Source: a virus
Virus record (IMG/VR): IMGVR_UViG_3300037504_000213
Coordinates: 12,274-76,273 of that record
Length of the DNA: 64,000 nucleotides
Direction: 5' to 3' (one strand)
Shown here: in pieces, positions 29,224 to 38,948 of the stretch
Layout of the letters: the number at the start of each line of letters is the position of its first letter
Position numbering within the stretch: the stretch's first letter is position 1
Position numbers and translations under genes: made by a program
Notes under the pieces: generated by a model
What the model saw: the letters and a program-made list of their open reading frames with translations, nothing else
Told to the model about the DNA's origin: nothing
Database searches by the model: none

Positions 29224-29296
29224 TCTGGGTGATTGGACTTGAACCAACGACCTCCTCGACCCAAACGAGGCGCGCTACCATCTGCGCTACACCCAG
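29224..29296 (-). tRNA. tRNA-Pro(UGG)
   Basis: CTGGGTG/CACCCAG-A, CCTCG-TTTGGGT-CGAGG, GGTTCAAGTCC. Confidence 0.9.
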
Positions 29297-29305
29297 TTAA
29301 CACAA

Positions 29306-29941
29306 TTATACCCAATCATTTGGACTTTCAACACTAAAGTCTTGTTTATAATAAATGTAGCTTCTATGTTTTACTGGCCCAAGCTCAACCAATCCACGTA
29401 CAGCATCGTTAACATCATGTTCAAAAATAACATTGACACCCCACAACTTATCTGGAGTATAGCACCAACCGCTTGTTGTCCGTTTCATTACACCATTAAC
29501 TTTCAGTTCATCTACAAAACTATCAACACGCTCGTAATCGCAGGCGTCAAACTTTTTTGAATGTAACGTCATGCTGTGATGGCCAATGCGAACAATGGTA
29601 ATTGTAGCTTTAATTTCTGGTTTGACGGCTTCAGTTTTGCCAAGAAGATATGCCTCTAAGGCTACTTTATCGTACAAGTGTTCTGGTCTTATGGTCACAT
29701 GGCAATGCGGTGTAATACCAGAACGGACAACGTCATAAGAAATACTATAATTAAACTTGCACAGCCTTCTTTTTAATTTGTATATATTAACATCTCTAAA
29801 CGTAAGTCTAATCGGTACAACCTTAACAGAACCAACCCCATCTATGTTAAAATGCTCAGCGCTGTTGTAAATACGAATGGCAATATATGCCCAAATCAAC
29901 AAGATCAATAAGATAATTGCCAAGCCCACTGTTATCTCCAT
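29306..29941 (-). CDS. Hypothetical membrane-anchored protein
   Basis: N-terminal hydrophobic helix VGLAIILLILLIWAYIAI. Confidence 0.55.
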   Translation of the reverse strand: MEITVGLAIILLILLIWAYIAIRIYNSAEHFNIDGVGSVKVVPIRLTFRDVNIYKLKRRLCKFNYSISYDVVRSGITPHCHVTIRPEHLYDKVALEAYLLGKTEAVKPEIKATITIVRIGHHSMTLHSKKFDACDYERVDSFVDELKVNGVMKRTTSGWCYTPDKLWGVNVIFEHDVNDAVRGLVELGPVKHRSYIYYKQDFSVESPNDWV

Positions 29942-30000
29942 TCCATTTGTCTATTGAGCCAAAATTGCCATCTATTCAAAGAACCTCTATCTACGCAATA

Positions 30001-30399
30001 TTATACCCAATCGTCTGGAGAAGGCAAGTTAGAACTTCGTTTGATTTTTGTCTTGCCACATTCTCCACATGACGCAGAACTTGGGGGAACAATGCAACCA
30101 TGCGCACTTCCAGAAACAATGATTGAGTTACCGCCTGGGAGATCACCCTGAGAGATGTCGTATTGGTGCTGGCGTTCAAGCCAAAACTCACTCGGAATGC
30201 CAAGCCCGACACTTAGTTTGTCGGCAATCATGTTGTCTATAGACGTTCGTCCATCTAACACCATATCTGCTGCAAACGGAGAAACATTAAGCATTCCAGC
30301 AAGATCGAGCCTGTTCATGTTGGCGTCAGAAAGCACCTCACGCAACGTTTCAAACGGAGGTGTCACATAATCTGGATCATATTCCAAATAGTTCGTCAT
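30001..30399 (-). CDS. HigA/VapI-like HTH antitoxin with Cys-rich tail
   Basis: PPFETLREVL...DLA..L...I...A.KL...LG.P.EFWLE.Q..YD pattern. Confidence 0.7.
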   Translation of the reverse strand: MTNYLEYDPDYVTPPFETLREVLSDANMNRLDLAGMLNVSPFAADMVLDGRTSIDNMIADKLSVGLGIPSEFWLERQHQYDISQGDLPGGNSIIVSGSAHGCIVPPSSASCGECGKTKIKRSSNLPSPDDWV

Positions 30400-31072
30400 G
30401 TTTTCTTTTCTCCTCTGGGGACATCATGGTTTCAAGCGTTGCAATATCATGCAAGTCAGCAAGCACGTTTTTCCAATACTCAACATTCTGTCCGCGAACA
30501 CGGGAAATGACTGGCTCCCTTTTCTGTCCCTGGTATTTGCCGTTTCTATCAGCATACGATACAGCTGGCTCGTCTATCCATCTGAAGACTAACTGTGCCA
30601 CACCTTCTCCAACACGCAGCTTGATGGGCCTAGGAGCAGCGTTAAACAATTCAAGTGTGAGGTATCCCTCCCATTCACTCTCTGCTGGCGTTAATAATGG
30701 CAATATACCAACACGGGCAAGTGTAGATTTTCCCAAACACTCTACCATAATGTTTCTTGGTATTCTTAAATATTCTATAGAGTGTCCAAGTACAAATTGC
30801 CCTGGCTGAAGAATAATGTGATTTTTTCTATGAACAACCTGAAAGTCGTCTTCAGCAACATGTGCCAAGTCCAAAACTTCGTCAGACGGGATCATAAACT
30901 TGAACGTTTCACCAAGCCTAATATCATAACCGCTTGATGACAGACCATATGATATTCCATCGCTGACTTGGTGAGAGACGAATGGAGAAATCATTGGTTG
31001 CTGTTTGTCACACAGCTGTGCTATTTGCTTGTCGTTTAGTGTCCCTCTCCCCCCTCCTATCTCTCTCTTCAC
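30377..31072 (-). CDS. dcd: dCTP deaminase
   Basis: ISYGLSSSGYDIRL, CLGKSTLARVG, TPAESEWEGYLTLE, GEGVAQLVF, GKYQGQ. Confidence 0.93.
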   Translation of the reverse strand: MKREIGGGRGTLNDKQIAQLCDKQQPMISPFVSHQVSDGISYGLSSSGYDIRLGETFKFMIPSDEVLDLAHVAEDDFQVVHRKNHIILQPGQFVLGHSIEYLRIPRNIMVECLGKSTLARVGILPLLTPAESEWEGYLTLELFNAAPRPIKLRVGEGVAQLVFRWIDEPAVSYADRNGKYQGQKREPVISRVRGQNVEYWKNVLADLHDIATLETMMSPEEKRKHDELFGI

Positions 31073-31079
31073 TACACTT

Positions 31080-32445
31080 ATCTACTATACCACAACATCT
31101 CCACCTCATCAACACATCCCCTTGATTCTAACACTATTCTTATACTACAAGACATCGAATATAAGAGATATGTTAGAAATAAGCATTCTTATGAATTTCT
31201 TACTTGACAAGGGTAATTTTCTGGAGTATAAAAGAGATATGGGTTGATCTACCTGGTGGGGGGCGTTGATCTATAAGATATGATTACTATATATTATATG
31301 ATCTAGATATATATATGTATATTTTCATGAATATATACTTCGTATATATTCATACAATCTCAACATCAACATCAAGTGAGACCTTTAGGACAACATTAAC
31401 GCTTGACTATTCGTTCTCTTTATGATACAATTCAGATACCCCCCAAAAAGGCAGAGGACAGTTGCAATTCCTGCGCTGTCCTTTGTCTATTTGGGGTATC
31501 CTCTGAAACACGTTTCCCATCTCTTTGTTTCAACATCATGTCATATACACATTACCAACGTCTAAACGGCATTGTGCTGCATGTAGAACAATGCTGTGTG
31601 ATGCTATGTCCTCATTCAAATATTACATTTCACGAACATATACCCTCTAATCAACGATACACAATTCTATGACGTATATGACCTGTACTCAATGCATATC
31701 GCCACAGAGCTTATCCTGGTGCACAAGAGCAGTGTTTTTGATGATTTAGACACTGACTGCTGAGGATAAACGTTGATGTCGTTGATTGTAATAGCAAATC
31801 TAAGTGCTCGCAACATTCGATTGACAGTGTATATAGTATATAGATCTATATATAATATTCTTTACTCTATAATATATATATAGACATATAATATACACTA
31901 GCGATCTCGATCTCTTCGTATGATAATTGTAATCATACAATGTGTTATTTGTGTTGCTTCACAGAATATCTGTATCATTCAAGGAAAATTGATGTCATGA
32001 TGTGTAGTTAGAAGTATTCGTGTTTATTTTCGATAAAACGACCGTATTCCGCGCTATTAGTCGATTTATTTATGAAAAATGGCTTTTCTGTGAACTTTAT
32101 GTTGCTTTTTATTGCAAAATGATGATGTGCTAAGCATATTGCACTTAGCACATGGCATACATGATAGCTTTTGGTAGTATTTGGTAGCTTTTGACAGACT
32201 TGTGTAAGTGTTAATTGATGTGTGTTGTAGGCTTGTTGATAGCATGTGTTATGTATTTTAGTAAGAGCTGCGATTCTGTTGGTATATGTGCTGTTTGTGT
32301 TGTGGTAATAGTGTGTAATGAGATGTGATTAGTGTGGAAAGTGTTAAGTTAAGAACGTAGATCTAGGGAATCTTTAAGAAGTGTAAGATTGTGCATATCC
32401 TGTGCATATCCTGTTCATAACTTATACACCGTTCCCAATTCGTAT
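31080..32445. other. Long AT-rich non-coding region, candidate replication origin
   Basis: No credible ORF; AT tracts; C/A-rich left end and G/T-rich right end; four DnaA-box-like 9-mers at 32390-32430. Confidence 0.5.
31403..31500 (+). ncRNA. Promoter plus long hairpin, candidate small RNA
   Basis: TTGACT-17-TACAAT with extended TG; hairpin 31435-31500. Confidence 0.4.
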
Positions 32446-32782
32446 CAACTCACCTAACATCGCTCACGCTTAAACTTAACATACACATGCAATCCACCAC
32501 AGCTGTCGCTACTGTACGTTTCGCCATCAACCGTCCATCCTATGAACACAAAGCCGTAGCCCTGTCTTTCAATGGCATCTGCCATAAGTGGTTGAACAAT
32601 ACCGACATAATCCACTTCTCTGCCACGAAATCTTTCTCCAGGCTCTGGAATATCTCTATGAATCATGCTTACCCCTATCTTTAGATCCAGTATGTAGAAT
32701 ACACTTTGTCTTCAACATTGCCATCAAGACCAACAAAGACATCATCGTGCCCATAACCCCCATTGTGGCTGTTATACACATG

Positions 32783-33064
32783 TTAGAATGGCTCTACTTT
32801 GTCTGGGTGCGTCCAGATTATAACTCGTGATGGGTGCTCTGAGAACCATATCTTTACCATCCGAGGGTCACCTAGGTAATGCGCAGGTGGTTCAACCCAG
32901 TTTTCATCCAGAAAAGTTGGTTCGTATGCAGTATGTTCCCATTCATCAGTCGTGTTTTTCACTGTTTCGTCGTCTACTCTCTTTGAAACACCAACTATCA
33001 CATCTACATCGCCAAGATCTTCCATATAGTCTTGCAGGTCAGCAATCAGTTCACTTAATTTCAT
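32783..33064 (-). CDS. Hypothetical protein
   Basis: MKLSELIADLQ..GDVDV start typical of small phage proteins; GGGAG SD. Confidence 0.55.
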   Translation of the reverse strand: MKLSELIADLQDYMEDLGDVDVIVGVSKRVDDETVKNTTDEWEHTAYEPTFLDENWVEPPAHYLGDPRMVKIWFSEHPSRVIIWTHPDKVEPF

Positions 33065-33656
33065 TTTTATCTCCCTTGCTTTTATTCCACCACCATTCCA
33101 TTGTAACTGGGAAGTGGCTCTTTGTCAATGATTGCATTGCCCAGGCATAGCTGGCTGTTTCTGGCTGAGCGTGGTCACTGCATCGAAGGTCGAAGAAGTT
33201 GAGCAAGCTGCGGAGGTTCATTTTCATCTGGAACACGGTGTATGTTCCCATAGGCAGCACCGAACGAGCATAGCCAGGGCGTTCCCCGCGATCAAGCATG
33301 GTGTAGTACACCTCTGTAGCTTGGTCGTATACAGCATAAAGCTCAGGCTCGCCCTGGTCAAAGAATTTCAAATCGGATGGCACTACATATCTCAGTGACC
33401 TTTCAAGGTATGACGCAATGCGATGCCTCATAATTTGTCTCTGCACGAAGATAGGGCATTCCAATCGAAAGTGCATGGATGCGAACTCGAATGGGCTGGT
33501 GTGCCCAAGGTCAAGTAGCTTCCTGACGAGTTGCTCGTTGCTTTCACCGTCACCCTCTGACTGCCAGCTTTCTCTGGCCACGTTGGCAATTAGCTGGTCA
33601 CTTCCGTAGTGGCCGATGTATTCCACAAAGCCATCGTAGACTTCTATTTTGCTCAT
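33051..33656 (-). CDS. thyX: Flavin-dependent thymidylate synthase
   Basis: GHTSPFEF, PIFVQRQIMRHR..SY.ERSLRY, ARSVLP, MNLRSLLNFFDLR..HAQPE. Confidence 0.93.
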   Translation of the reverse strand: MSKIEVYDGFVEYIGHYGSDQLIANVARESWQSEGDGESNEQLVRKLLDLGHTSPFEFASMHFRLECPIFVQRQIMRHRIASYLERSLRYVVPSDLKFFDQGEPELYAVYDQATEVYYTMLDRGERPGYARSVLPMGTYTVFQMKMNLRSLLNFFDLRCSDHAQPETASYAWAMQSLTKSHFPVTMEWWWNKSKGDKNEIK

Positions 33657-33887
33657 TTGGCCTCCCTGCTGCTTCGCAAGAACTCTACAAGTTCATTGCC
33701 TGGGTCTACTCTATCTAGTTCTTTCTCAAGGTAATCAATTATGATCGTTGCCATTTCGCAAGTTCGTGGGTAATGGCACACTGTGCAAAAAATGCCCTGT
33801 GCACCATCAAACCAGCAATTGTCACATCTTCCACCATCACGCACAAAAGATGCCCTGTTGATTAGCTTTTCCACTGACGTTTTCATA

Positions 33888-34166
33888 TTACACATCTTCG
33901 TTTTCAGCAGCCAGTTCAACAAGTTTCTCAGCTGCGTTCATTACCCGCTCGCGGAAATTACCACTTGACCCGCGCCAACACAAGTTGATGTCTTTTGGCT
34001 TGACATGATCTGCAAAAAGCTGGATTAGCATTGTCCTTGCGGTTCCCCTCGACGCGAAAGCAGCCGCCTCAAGGTGTGCTGCGCGGTCATTCGATAGTTG
34101 ATCGTGTGCAAGCTCTTCATAGTAGATCGATGCAGCGTTGATTAAATTCTGTTTGTCAATGTACAT
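33888..34166 (-). CDS. Hypothetical protein
   Basis: Overlaps the Ro60 stop. Confidence 0.5.
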   Translation of the reverse strand: MYIDKQNLINAASIYYEELAHDQLSNDRAAHLEAAAFASRGTARTMLIQLFADHVKPKDINLCWRGSSGNFRERVMNAAEKLVELAAENEDV

Positions 34167-35688
34167 AGTTTCTCTCGCCTACAAAGTTAGAAATCAAACC
34201 TGGGACATTGGCATCAAACCCAACAATGTCTATCATACCAGGATCGTTGGGATCGGCGATGCTGAACTCTGTCGCTGTGGTGGCAGCAACCAACAGCTTG
34301 GCATTGTGAACGCCTGATTGTTCGCGGTACATCCTGAGGGCATCAGCAGGCACGTACTTGTTGACATTGGTCTCGTTATCTGTGTAAATCACAAATGCGT
34401 CGTACAGCAAACCCTTTTCCATTGCCCAAACCATTGGCATGTCGCATGCCGTTGCGCCGAAATTGAGAGATCGTATCTCTGCGATTATCTCTCCAAGGCT
34501 CATTCTGTCATGCAGCTTTAAAGGAACAATGTCTTTCGAGAAAGCTATAATATCCCAGTCATCCTCAATGCGCATTGTAATCATAGCCATTGCAGCACTG
34601 ATTTCCCTGGGTGTAAGGCCACCCCATGCGTTATCGAATGTCATGGAGCTTGACACGTCAAGTGCAATGCAAATGCGTTTTCCAGTTGGCTCCACGTTGT
34701 CAAACGCAAGGTAAAACATTTCATCAAGCGCAGATATAATGTGTCCTATTGGATCCCACGAGTTGCTGCCCCTAATGCCCTCTCCGTTGCTGTATGTAAC
34801 CAACGCCGACAAAACTGTAATGGGGTGAATGCGTGACCTTATAACAGATGTTCTGTCTGTAAGCATTTTGGCAACACTTCGAACGTTGTCACGAGAATCG
34901 AAGTAACCTGATCGGGTGATAGTGCCAAGGTTTCGAACAATTTCCCAAAGACCCATGTTGGGCATAAGGGCTTCCCAGGCTTCTGAGAATTTCCACAGTT
35001 CTCCTGGTACAATTGAGCGAGGGAGGCCGTATTCTTCAATAATTGCTATGGCCCTGCGTGCATCGTTGGTATCTTTCAGTAGTTCGTACCCCACAGTAAG
35101 TTTTGTGTTTGGGTTTTCCTTGCCAACGGTCCATCCAAACAGCCTGTCGTGCCATACGCTAGCTGGCTTGACGTGTGCCAGCCTGAGGACATCTCGGTGA
35201 GACATGCCACCGCGCTGTCCATACTTTACGATTTGGTAGTCAACAGCATCCTTTGTGTTATACCACGCCGCAAAGGCTCGCCGTATCATTCTCCCCCATC
35301 CGCGCATATCGTTTATGAAGTTGGCTATAGTCAAGAGGTGAGAACCTGTTCTGACTGTTTTGAGGAATGTGCTAACGAAGTCTTCGTGCGCACCAGTGGT
35401 TGACACTAGCGCAAGCGCAAATAACGCTGGATCGTTTGATGGTGCACGCCCGCTATCGCTAATGTCGCCGATTAGCTTAAGCGTTCGTTTGGGATTTTCT
35501 CGTGCACACTCAAGTACAACATCTGCATTGTCTTCTGTGAGTTTGCTTGAGTTTGCATAATACGTCGAGGCACTTCCTATAATAAGAAAGCGTTCCAAAC
35601 GTGTCCATTTGTCAACGACATATGACATGCCGCCACCATTATTGTGTCTTAAGCCATCCTTATGTCTTTTGCTGTAGTTTCTATACAT
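34156..35688 (-). CDS. rsr: Ro60/Rsr TROVE-vWA RNA-binding protein
   Basis: NNGGG, RLERFLIIGS, GWGRMIRRA...WY, KYGQRGGMSHRDVLRLAH, RNLG, ALDVSSSM, GATACDMPM, YTDNET, FSIADPNDPGM..IVGFD; start MYRNYS after AGGAGA. Confidence 0.93.
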   Translation of the reverse strand: MYRNYSKRHKDGLRHNNGGGMSYVVDKWTRLERFLIIGSASTYYANSSKLTEDNADVVLECARENPKRTLKLIGDISDSGRAPSNDPALFALALVSTTGAHEDFVSTFLKTVRTGSHLLTIANFINDMRGWGRMIRRAFAAWYNTKDAVDYQIVKYGQRGGMSHRDVLRLAHVKPASVWHDRLFGWTVGKENPNTKLTVGYELLKDTNDARRAIAIIEEYGLPRSIVPGELWKFSEAWEALMPNMGLWEIVRNLGTITRSGYFDSRDNVRSVAKMLTDRTSVIRSRIHPITVLSALVTYSNGEGIRGSNSWDPIGHIISALDEMFYLAFDNVEPTGKRICIALDVSSSMTFDNAWGGLTPREISAAMAMITMRIEDDWDIIAFSKDIVPLKLHDRMSLGEIIAEIRSLNFGATACDMPMVWAMEKGLLYDAFVIYTDNETNVNKYVPADALRMYREQSGVHNAKLLVAATTATEFSIADPNDPGMIDIVGFDANVPGLISNFVGERNYVH

Positions 35689-35706
35689 AGTTTCTCCTAA
35701 CAAGCA

Positions 35707-35734
35707 CGGGATGCCATTTGATTCTGGCATCCCG
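35707..35734 (-). terminator. Strong hairpin between Y-RNA-like leader and Ro60 start
   Basis: CGGGATGCCA-N8-TGGCATCCCG followed by TGCTTGTT. Confidence 0.55.
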
Positions 35735-35745
35735 CTATGTGCTTT

Positions 35746-35800
35746 CGGTCAAATCAGTGTGGGTCGAAATTTTCCGAGATAACGAACCACTTCGTACCGT
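35746..35800 (-). ncRNA. Y-RNA-like element
   Basis: 5' GGTACGA pairs with 3' TTGACC (Y RNA GGUCCGA/UUGACC bulged helix); internal GTTATC; starts just after a promoter. Confidence 0.6.
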
Positions 35801-35806
35801 ATTTAT

Positions 35807-35834
35807 AGTATAGCATGTTTTGTCGTATTGTCAA
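35807..35834 (-). promoter_or_regulatory. sigma70 promoter for Y RNA/Ro60
   Basis: TTGACA-16-TATACT with extended TG. Confidence 0.7.
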
Positions 35835-35944
35835 GTATCAATTTGGTATTAATCACCAATATCGCGAAATACGTAAGCGATATAGATTGCAAGGGCCAAA
35901 ATTGACAGTATTATCACAAATGCGACAATTACCGTCACGTCAGA

Positions 35945-36238
35945 TTACTCCAGTCCCATAGCGCCTGTCATGTCAGCGCCCTTGAGGTTTGTTCCTTGCA
36001 GGTTAGCGTTCTGTAAATCTGCGCCACGAAGGTTCGCACCTGTCATATCGGCATCATGAAGGTCTGCGCCACGCAAATCTGCGCCACTCAGGTTTATGCC
36101 ACGAAGATCTGAGCCTGCCAGATTGATGCGGCGAAGGTCCATGTTACTAAAATCAAAACCACTAAGGTTCATCATGCTCATGTCGTGATCGCGCAGGTTT
36201 TCGTGTGTGTTGCGAATTTCTTGATCTATCTCAGACAT
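35945..36238 (-). CDS. Pentapeptide repeat protein
   Basis: A(D/N)LxG repeats; start MSEIDQ. Confidence 0.85.
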   Translation of the reverse strand: MSEIDQEIRNTHENLRDHDMSMMNLSGFDFSNMDLRRINLAGSDLRGINLSGADLRGADLHDADMTGANLRGADLQNANLQGTNLKGADMTGAMGLE

Positions 36239-36267
36239 CTGTTGCCCTTTCATGTTACATATCCTAT

Positions 36268-36879
36268 TTATTTCTGCTGATTCTCCAACAACAATTTCCC
36301 CCATTGTTCTGCCATTGCGTTAGCAATCCCACGGTAGGTTTTTGACCTCAGCTTTGAGCGATTCTTTGACGGTGGCATATAGTGAATTCTGTTTTGAACA
36401 GACTTTGGTAGTGTTAACATTTCATCATATACATTGTTTGTTGGTTTTAAGGGTGGCAACCCCTTTAACCACAGACATGTCGATTTCTTTTCTGGGTGAC
36501 CAAATTGCCACGGATGAATGATTTGATCTGGTTTTCTCCATTGTGTTGACATAATGCCAATGGGGTTTTCGATTGCCACATATGGGTTATCAAGGTTTGC
36601 AAAAAGCATGAAAAAGTCAATGGCCTTTTGCTGTCTTCCGTCCTCTCGTTTTTGTTTAAACCACCTGGCCCCACTTGATGCAAGGTGTGTACACGGCGGG
36701 AATGCTATGATCATGTACCACGACTCAAGGTCAAGGACAGATTTTACATCCTGTTGGATGTGAAAGTCTGGTCTTGGGCCAGACGTTGGTTGCAAGTCAC
36801 ACGAGAACGCGATTATTCCCAACCTGCGCATTGCCATCGTTACTTCTTGGCTCTCTTCACATGCAACAAGTACTTTCAT
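36268..36879 (-). CDS. Phage DNA cytosine methyltransferase-like protein
   Basis: MKVLVACEES, AFPPCTHL, IENP, KKSTCLWLKGLP, RSKTY.GIA.AMAEQWG. Confidence 0.8.
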   Translation of the reverse strand: MKVLVACEESQEVTMAMRRLGIIAFSCDLQPTSGPRPDFHIQQDVKSVLDLESWYMIIAFPPCTHLASSGARWFKQKREDGRQQKAIDFFMLFANLDNPYVAIENPIGIMSTQWRKPDQIIHPWQFGHPEKKSTCLWLKGLPPLKPTNNVYDEMLTLPKSVQNRIHYMPPSKNRSKLRSKTYRGIANAMAEQWGKLLLENQQK

Positions 36880-37160
36880 GTCAACTCCCAGTTTAGCCAC
36901 AGTCGCATAACGGCTAGGCTGTAGCTGTCATTTGTAAACTGAACTTTTTTGATATTCCTGAAGTCAAAGCGTTCGACCGTTGGCCTTCGCCTCGTTTCCA
37001 TAAGCCATCCCTCTGATTTGGAATACATTTTCGCAGATGGAATTTCCGCGAAGGCGCTCATCACCTCTGCGCTTGTTGATACTTTCATGTACGGGCAAAT
37101 CTTTTTCATAGCTTTGGACAGTCTTTTGTGTCGCTCTGCGTTTAATCGTGTTTTGTTCAT
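36876..37160 (-). CDS. Hypothetical protein
   Basis: AAGGAG SD. Confidence 0.5.
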   Translation of the reverse strand: MNKTRLNAERHKRLSKAMKKICPYMKVSTSAEVMSAFAEIPSAKMYSKSEGWLMETRRRPTVERFDFRNIKKVQFTNDSYSLAVMRLWLNWELT

Positions 37161-37175
37161 GCTAGCTCCTTCGTG

Positions 37176-37643
37176 TTACTTTCCAGTCCATTCGTGGATC
37201 CAACAGATATTAGGCAGAGGCCGTAGTGCCTTTTCCATTACTGGCTTTACAACCTCCCACTCAAGTCCACCGAGTCCACATCCTAACATTGGGAACGCAT
37301 ATTCATGCTGGTGCGCTGTATTTATTGCCTCGATGAGCTTTACGCAGTACGCAAGGGTTTCTTCTACAAACAACTTTGTGGATTTTTCCCAGTGATTAAC
37401 CTTGGTTGGCAAGCTGATGAACGGCTTTGTGATGCCACCATCTGTTGCCACGAGCATCAACACTCGTGCTCTGTCATAGTCTCCAGCACGGCAGTGCAAT
37501 CTGTGCTGCTTTAGAAGCTCTGGGTAACGATCTGCAAACTTTTTGGCAAGTCCAGCGCCCATGACGCCAGACTTGTTTGTCGGAATGACCTGGATAACGT
37601 TGATTGGGTGATTAAAAATGCTGTCATTGGTGTATTTAATCAT
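37176..37643 (-). CDS. Macrodomain ADP-ribose hydrolase (DarG/TARG1-like)
   Basis: N..GVMGAGLAKKF..RYP, LPTK.NHW..S, AFPMLGCGLGGLEW. Confidence 0.85.
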   Translation of the reverse strand: MIKYTNDSIFNHPINVIQVIPTNKSGVMGAGLAKKFADRYPELLKQHRLHCRAGDYDRARVLMLVATDGGITKPFISLPTKVNHWEKSTKLFVEETLAYCVKLIEAINTAHQHEYAFPMLGCGLGGLEWEVVKPVMEKALRPLPNICWIHEWTGK

Positions 37644-38308
37644 AGGATTTCTCCAGTGTTCAGTACTCGCGTTGTCCCCATTTGTGACAATGCGTATAAT
37701 GTTAAGTCAACGTCTTGTGTTATTCCATACAGTACGGGCATATGCCCGTACTTGTCCCTAAAGGTTCCGCACGCCTCACATGGGCCAAATCTTTCCGACA
37801 TTGAGGATATAAGATAACAGTTTTGTTGAACATATTTCAGGTCCTCACTGCTAACAATCACAAGTGGGTGGTAATTGGTGTCTGCCCAATAGGGGCTTTC
37901 GCTTCCACAGAACAAGCGCCCATTTGCAATGCTAAATGATTGCTCTCTGTCTATAAAATAAACAGCAGAGTCAACCCCCTGTATCATGATGGGTTTGTGC
38001 TTTTTTCCAAGCAACATCAATGATAAAGCGTCATAGTTGAGAACATGGCGCGAAAACACATCTATTTTTAGGTCTGCGACACCAGAATGGTACAGATTTT
38101 TATATTCTATGTCTATGTAATCAACGTATTGTTCGATTTCGCGACGTACCTGATCTATGTTGCCTCGCATTTGTATGGTGCGTTTGTGCTGATCCACCAT
38201 TTCGCAAACGATGCCCATTAGCAGGGTGTCATTTCTTTTTGAGTACCTTACCCTCCTTCCTGTCGTGTTGCATTTTAATAATCTTTTAATCCTATCTTTG
38301 ATTGACAT
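37640..38308 (-). CDS. Hypothetical protein
   Basis: Fits the operon. Confidence 0.55.
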   Translation of the reverse strand: MSIKDRIKRLLKCNTTGRRVRYSKRNDTLLMGIVCEMVDQHKRTIQMRGNIDQVRREIEQYVDYIDIEYKNLYHSGVADLKIDVFSRHVLNYDALSLMLLGKKHKPIMIQGVDSAVYFIDREQSFSIANGRLFCGSESPYWADTNYHPLVIVSSEDLKYVQQNCYLISSMSERFGPCEACGTFRDKYGHMPVLYGITQDVDLTLYALSQMGTTRVLNTGEIL

Positions 38309-38312
38309 GTTT

Positions 38313-38828
38313 CTATAGCTCCCAGTTAATATTGTATCGTTTCACGACTTCCCATGCTACGTCGATCATGGCATTTGCTATGTCGGATCCCTTGATGGTG
38401 CACAATGTTCTTTCTGCCCCTATTGCTGGAAAGCCAACTACAACCCCAGGGTCTCTGTGGTGTCCATGGTTGACAAAGCAAAAGGATATACGTGCTTCGT
38501 ACCCAATGATGTTCTGCACGTCCGACATGAAGATCATGGCGTTTTGGATGTTGTCTTTTATTGAGTAGCCATCGTAAAAATAGAGGCCACTCAATGGGGT
38601 CAGAAGTATGTCATCCTTCATGATTGCGACCACAGAAGGGCTGTAGCTGTGTAGAACTTCGTACACCTGCCCTTCGTTATCGCTATCTATTTTTCTGAAT
38701 TCAAAGCCATACCACTCTAAGATTTCTTTGTTAGTAGGCATCGTTATATTCCAGTTCTGGAGCGCCAAACTTTTCATCTGGAACAGTAATTTCAGCAAGG
38801 TCAAGGGACAAGGTCTTATACGCATCAA
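38313..38828 (-). CDS. Hypothetical protein
   Basis: Likely start MPTNKE near 38741. Confidence 0.5.
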   Translation of the reverse strand: MMRIRPCPLTLLKLLFQMKSLALQNWNITMPTNKEILEWYGFEFRKIDSDNEGQVYEVLHSYSPSVVAIMKDDILLTPLSGLYFYDGYSIKDNIQNAMIFMSDVQNIIGYEARISFCFVNHGHHRDPGVVVGFPAIGAERTLCTIKGSDIANAMIDVAWEVVKRYNINWEL

Positions 38829-38948
38829 GCGCTAACCCCTTGTAGTATTTGTACTGGGCCTGATCGAGTGCCGATCCTCCGTTGATCACCTTGGCGTAGT
38901 AAGCCAACATTTGGCCAACAGCACGCTCAAATTGATTGGCATCCAAAT

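Noticed and set aside
29011-29281. ORFs 29011-29247, 29060-29281 (and 28160-28345)
   Set aside because: They are translations of tRNA genes.
31403-31672. 89-aa plus-strand ORF
   Set aside because: Its TTG start is the -35 box of a promoter; no SD; unconvincing composition.
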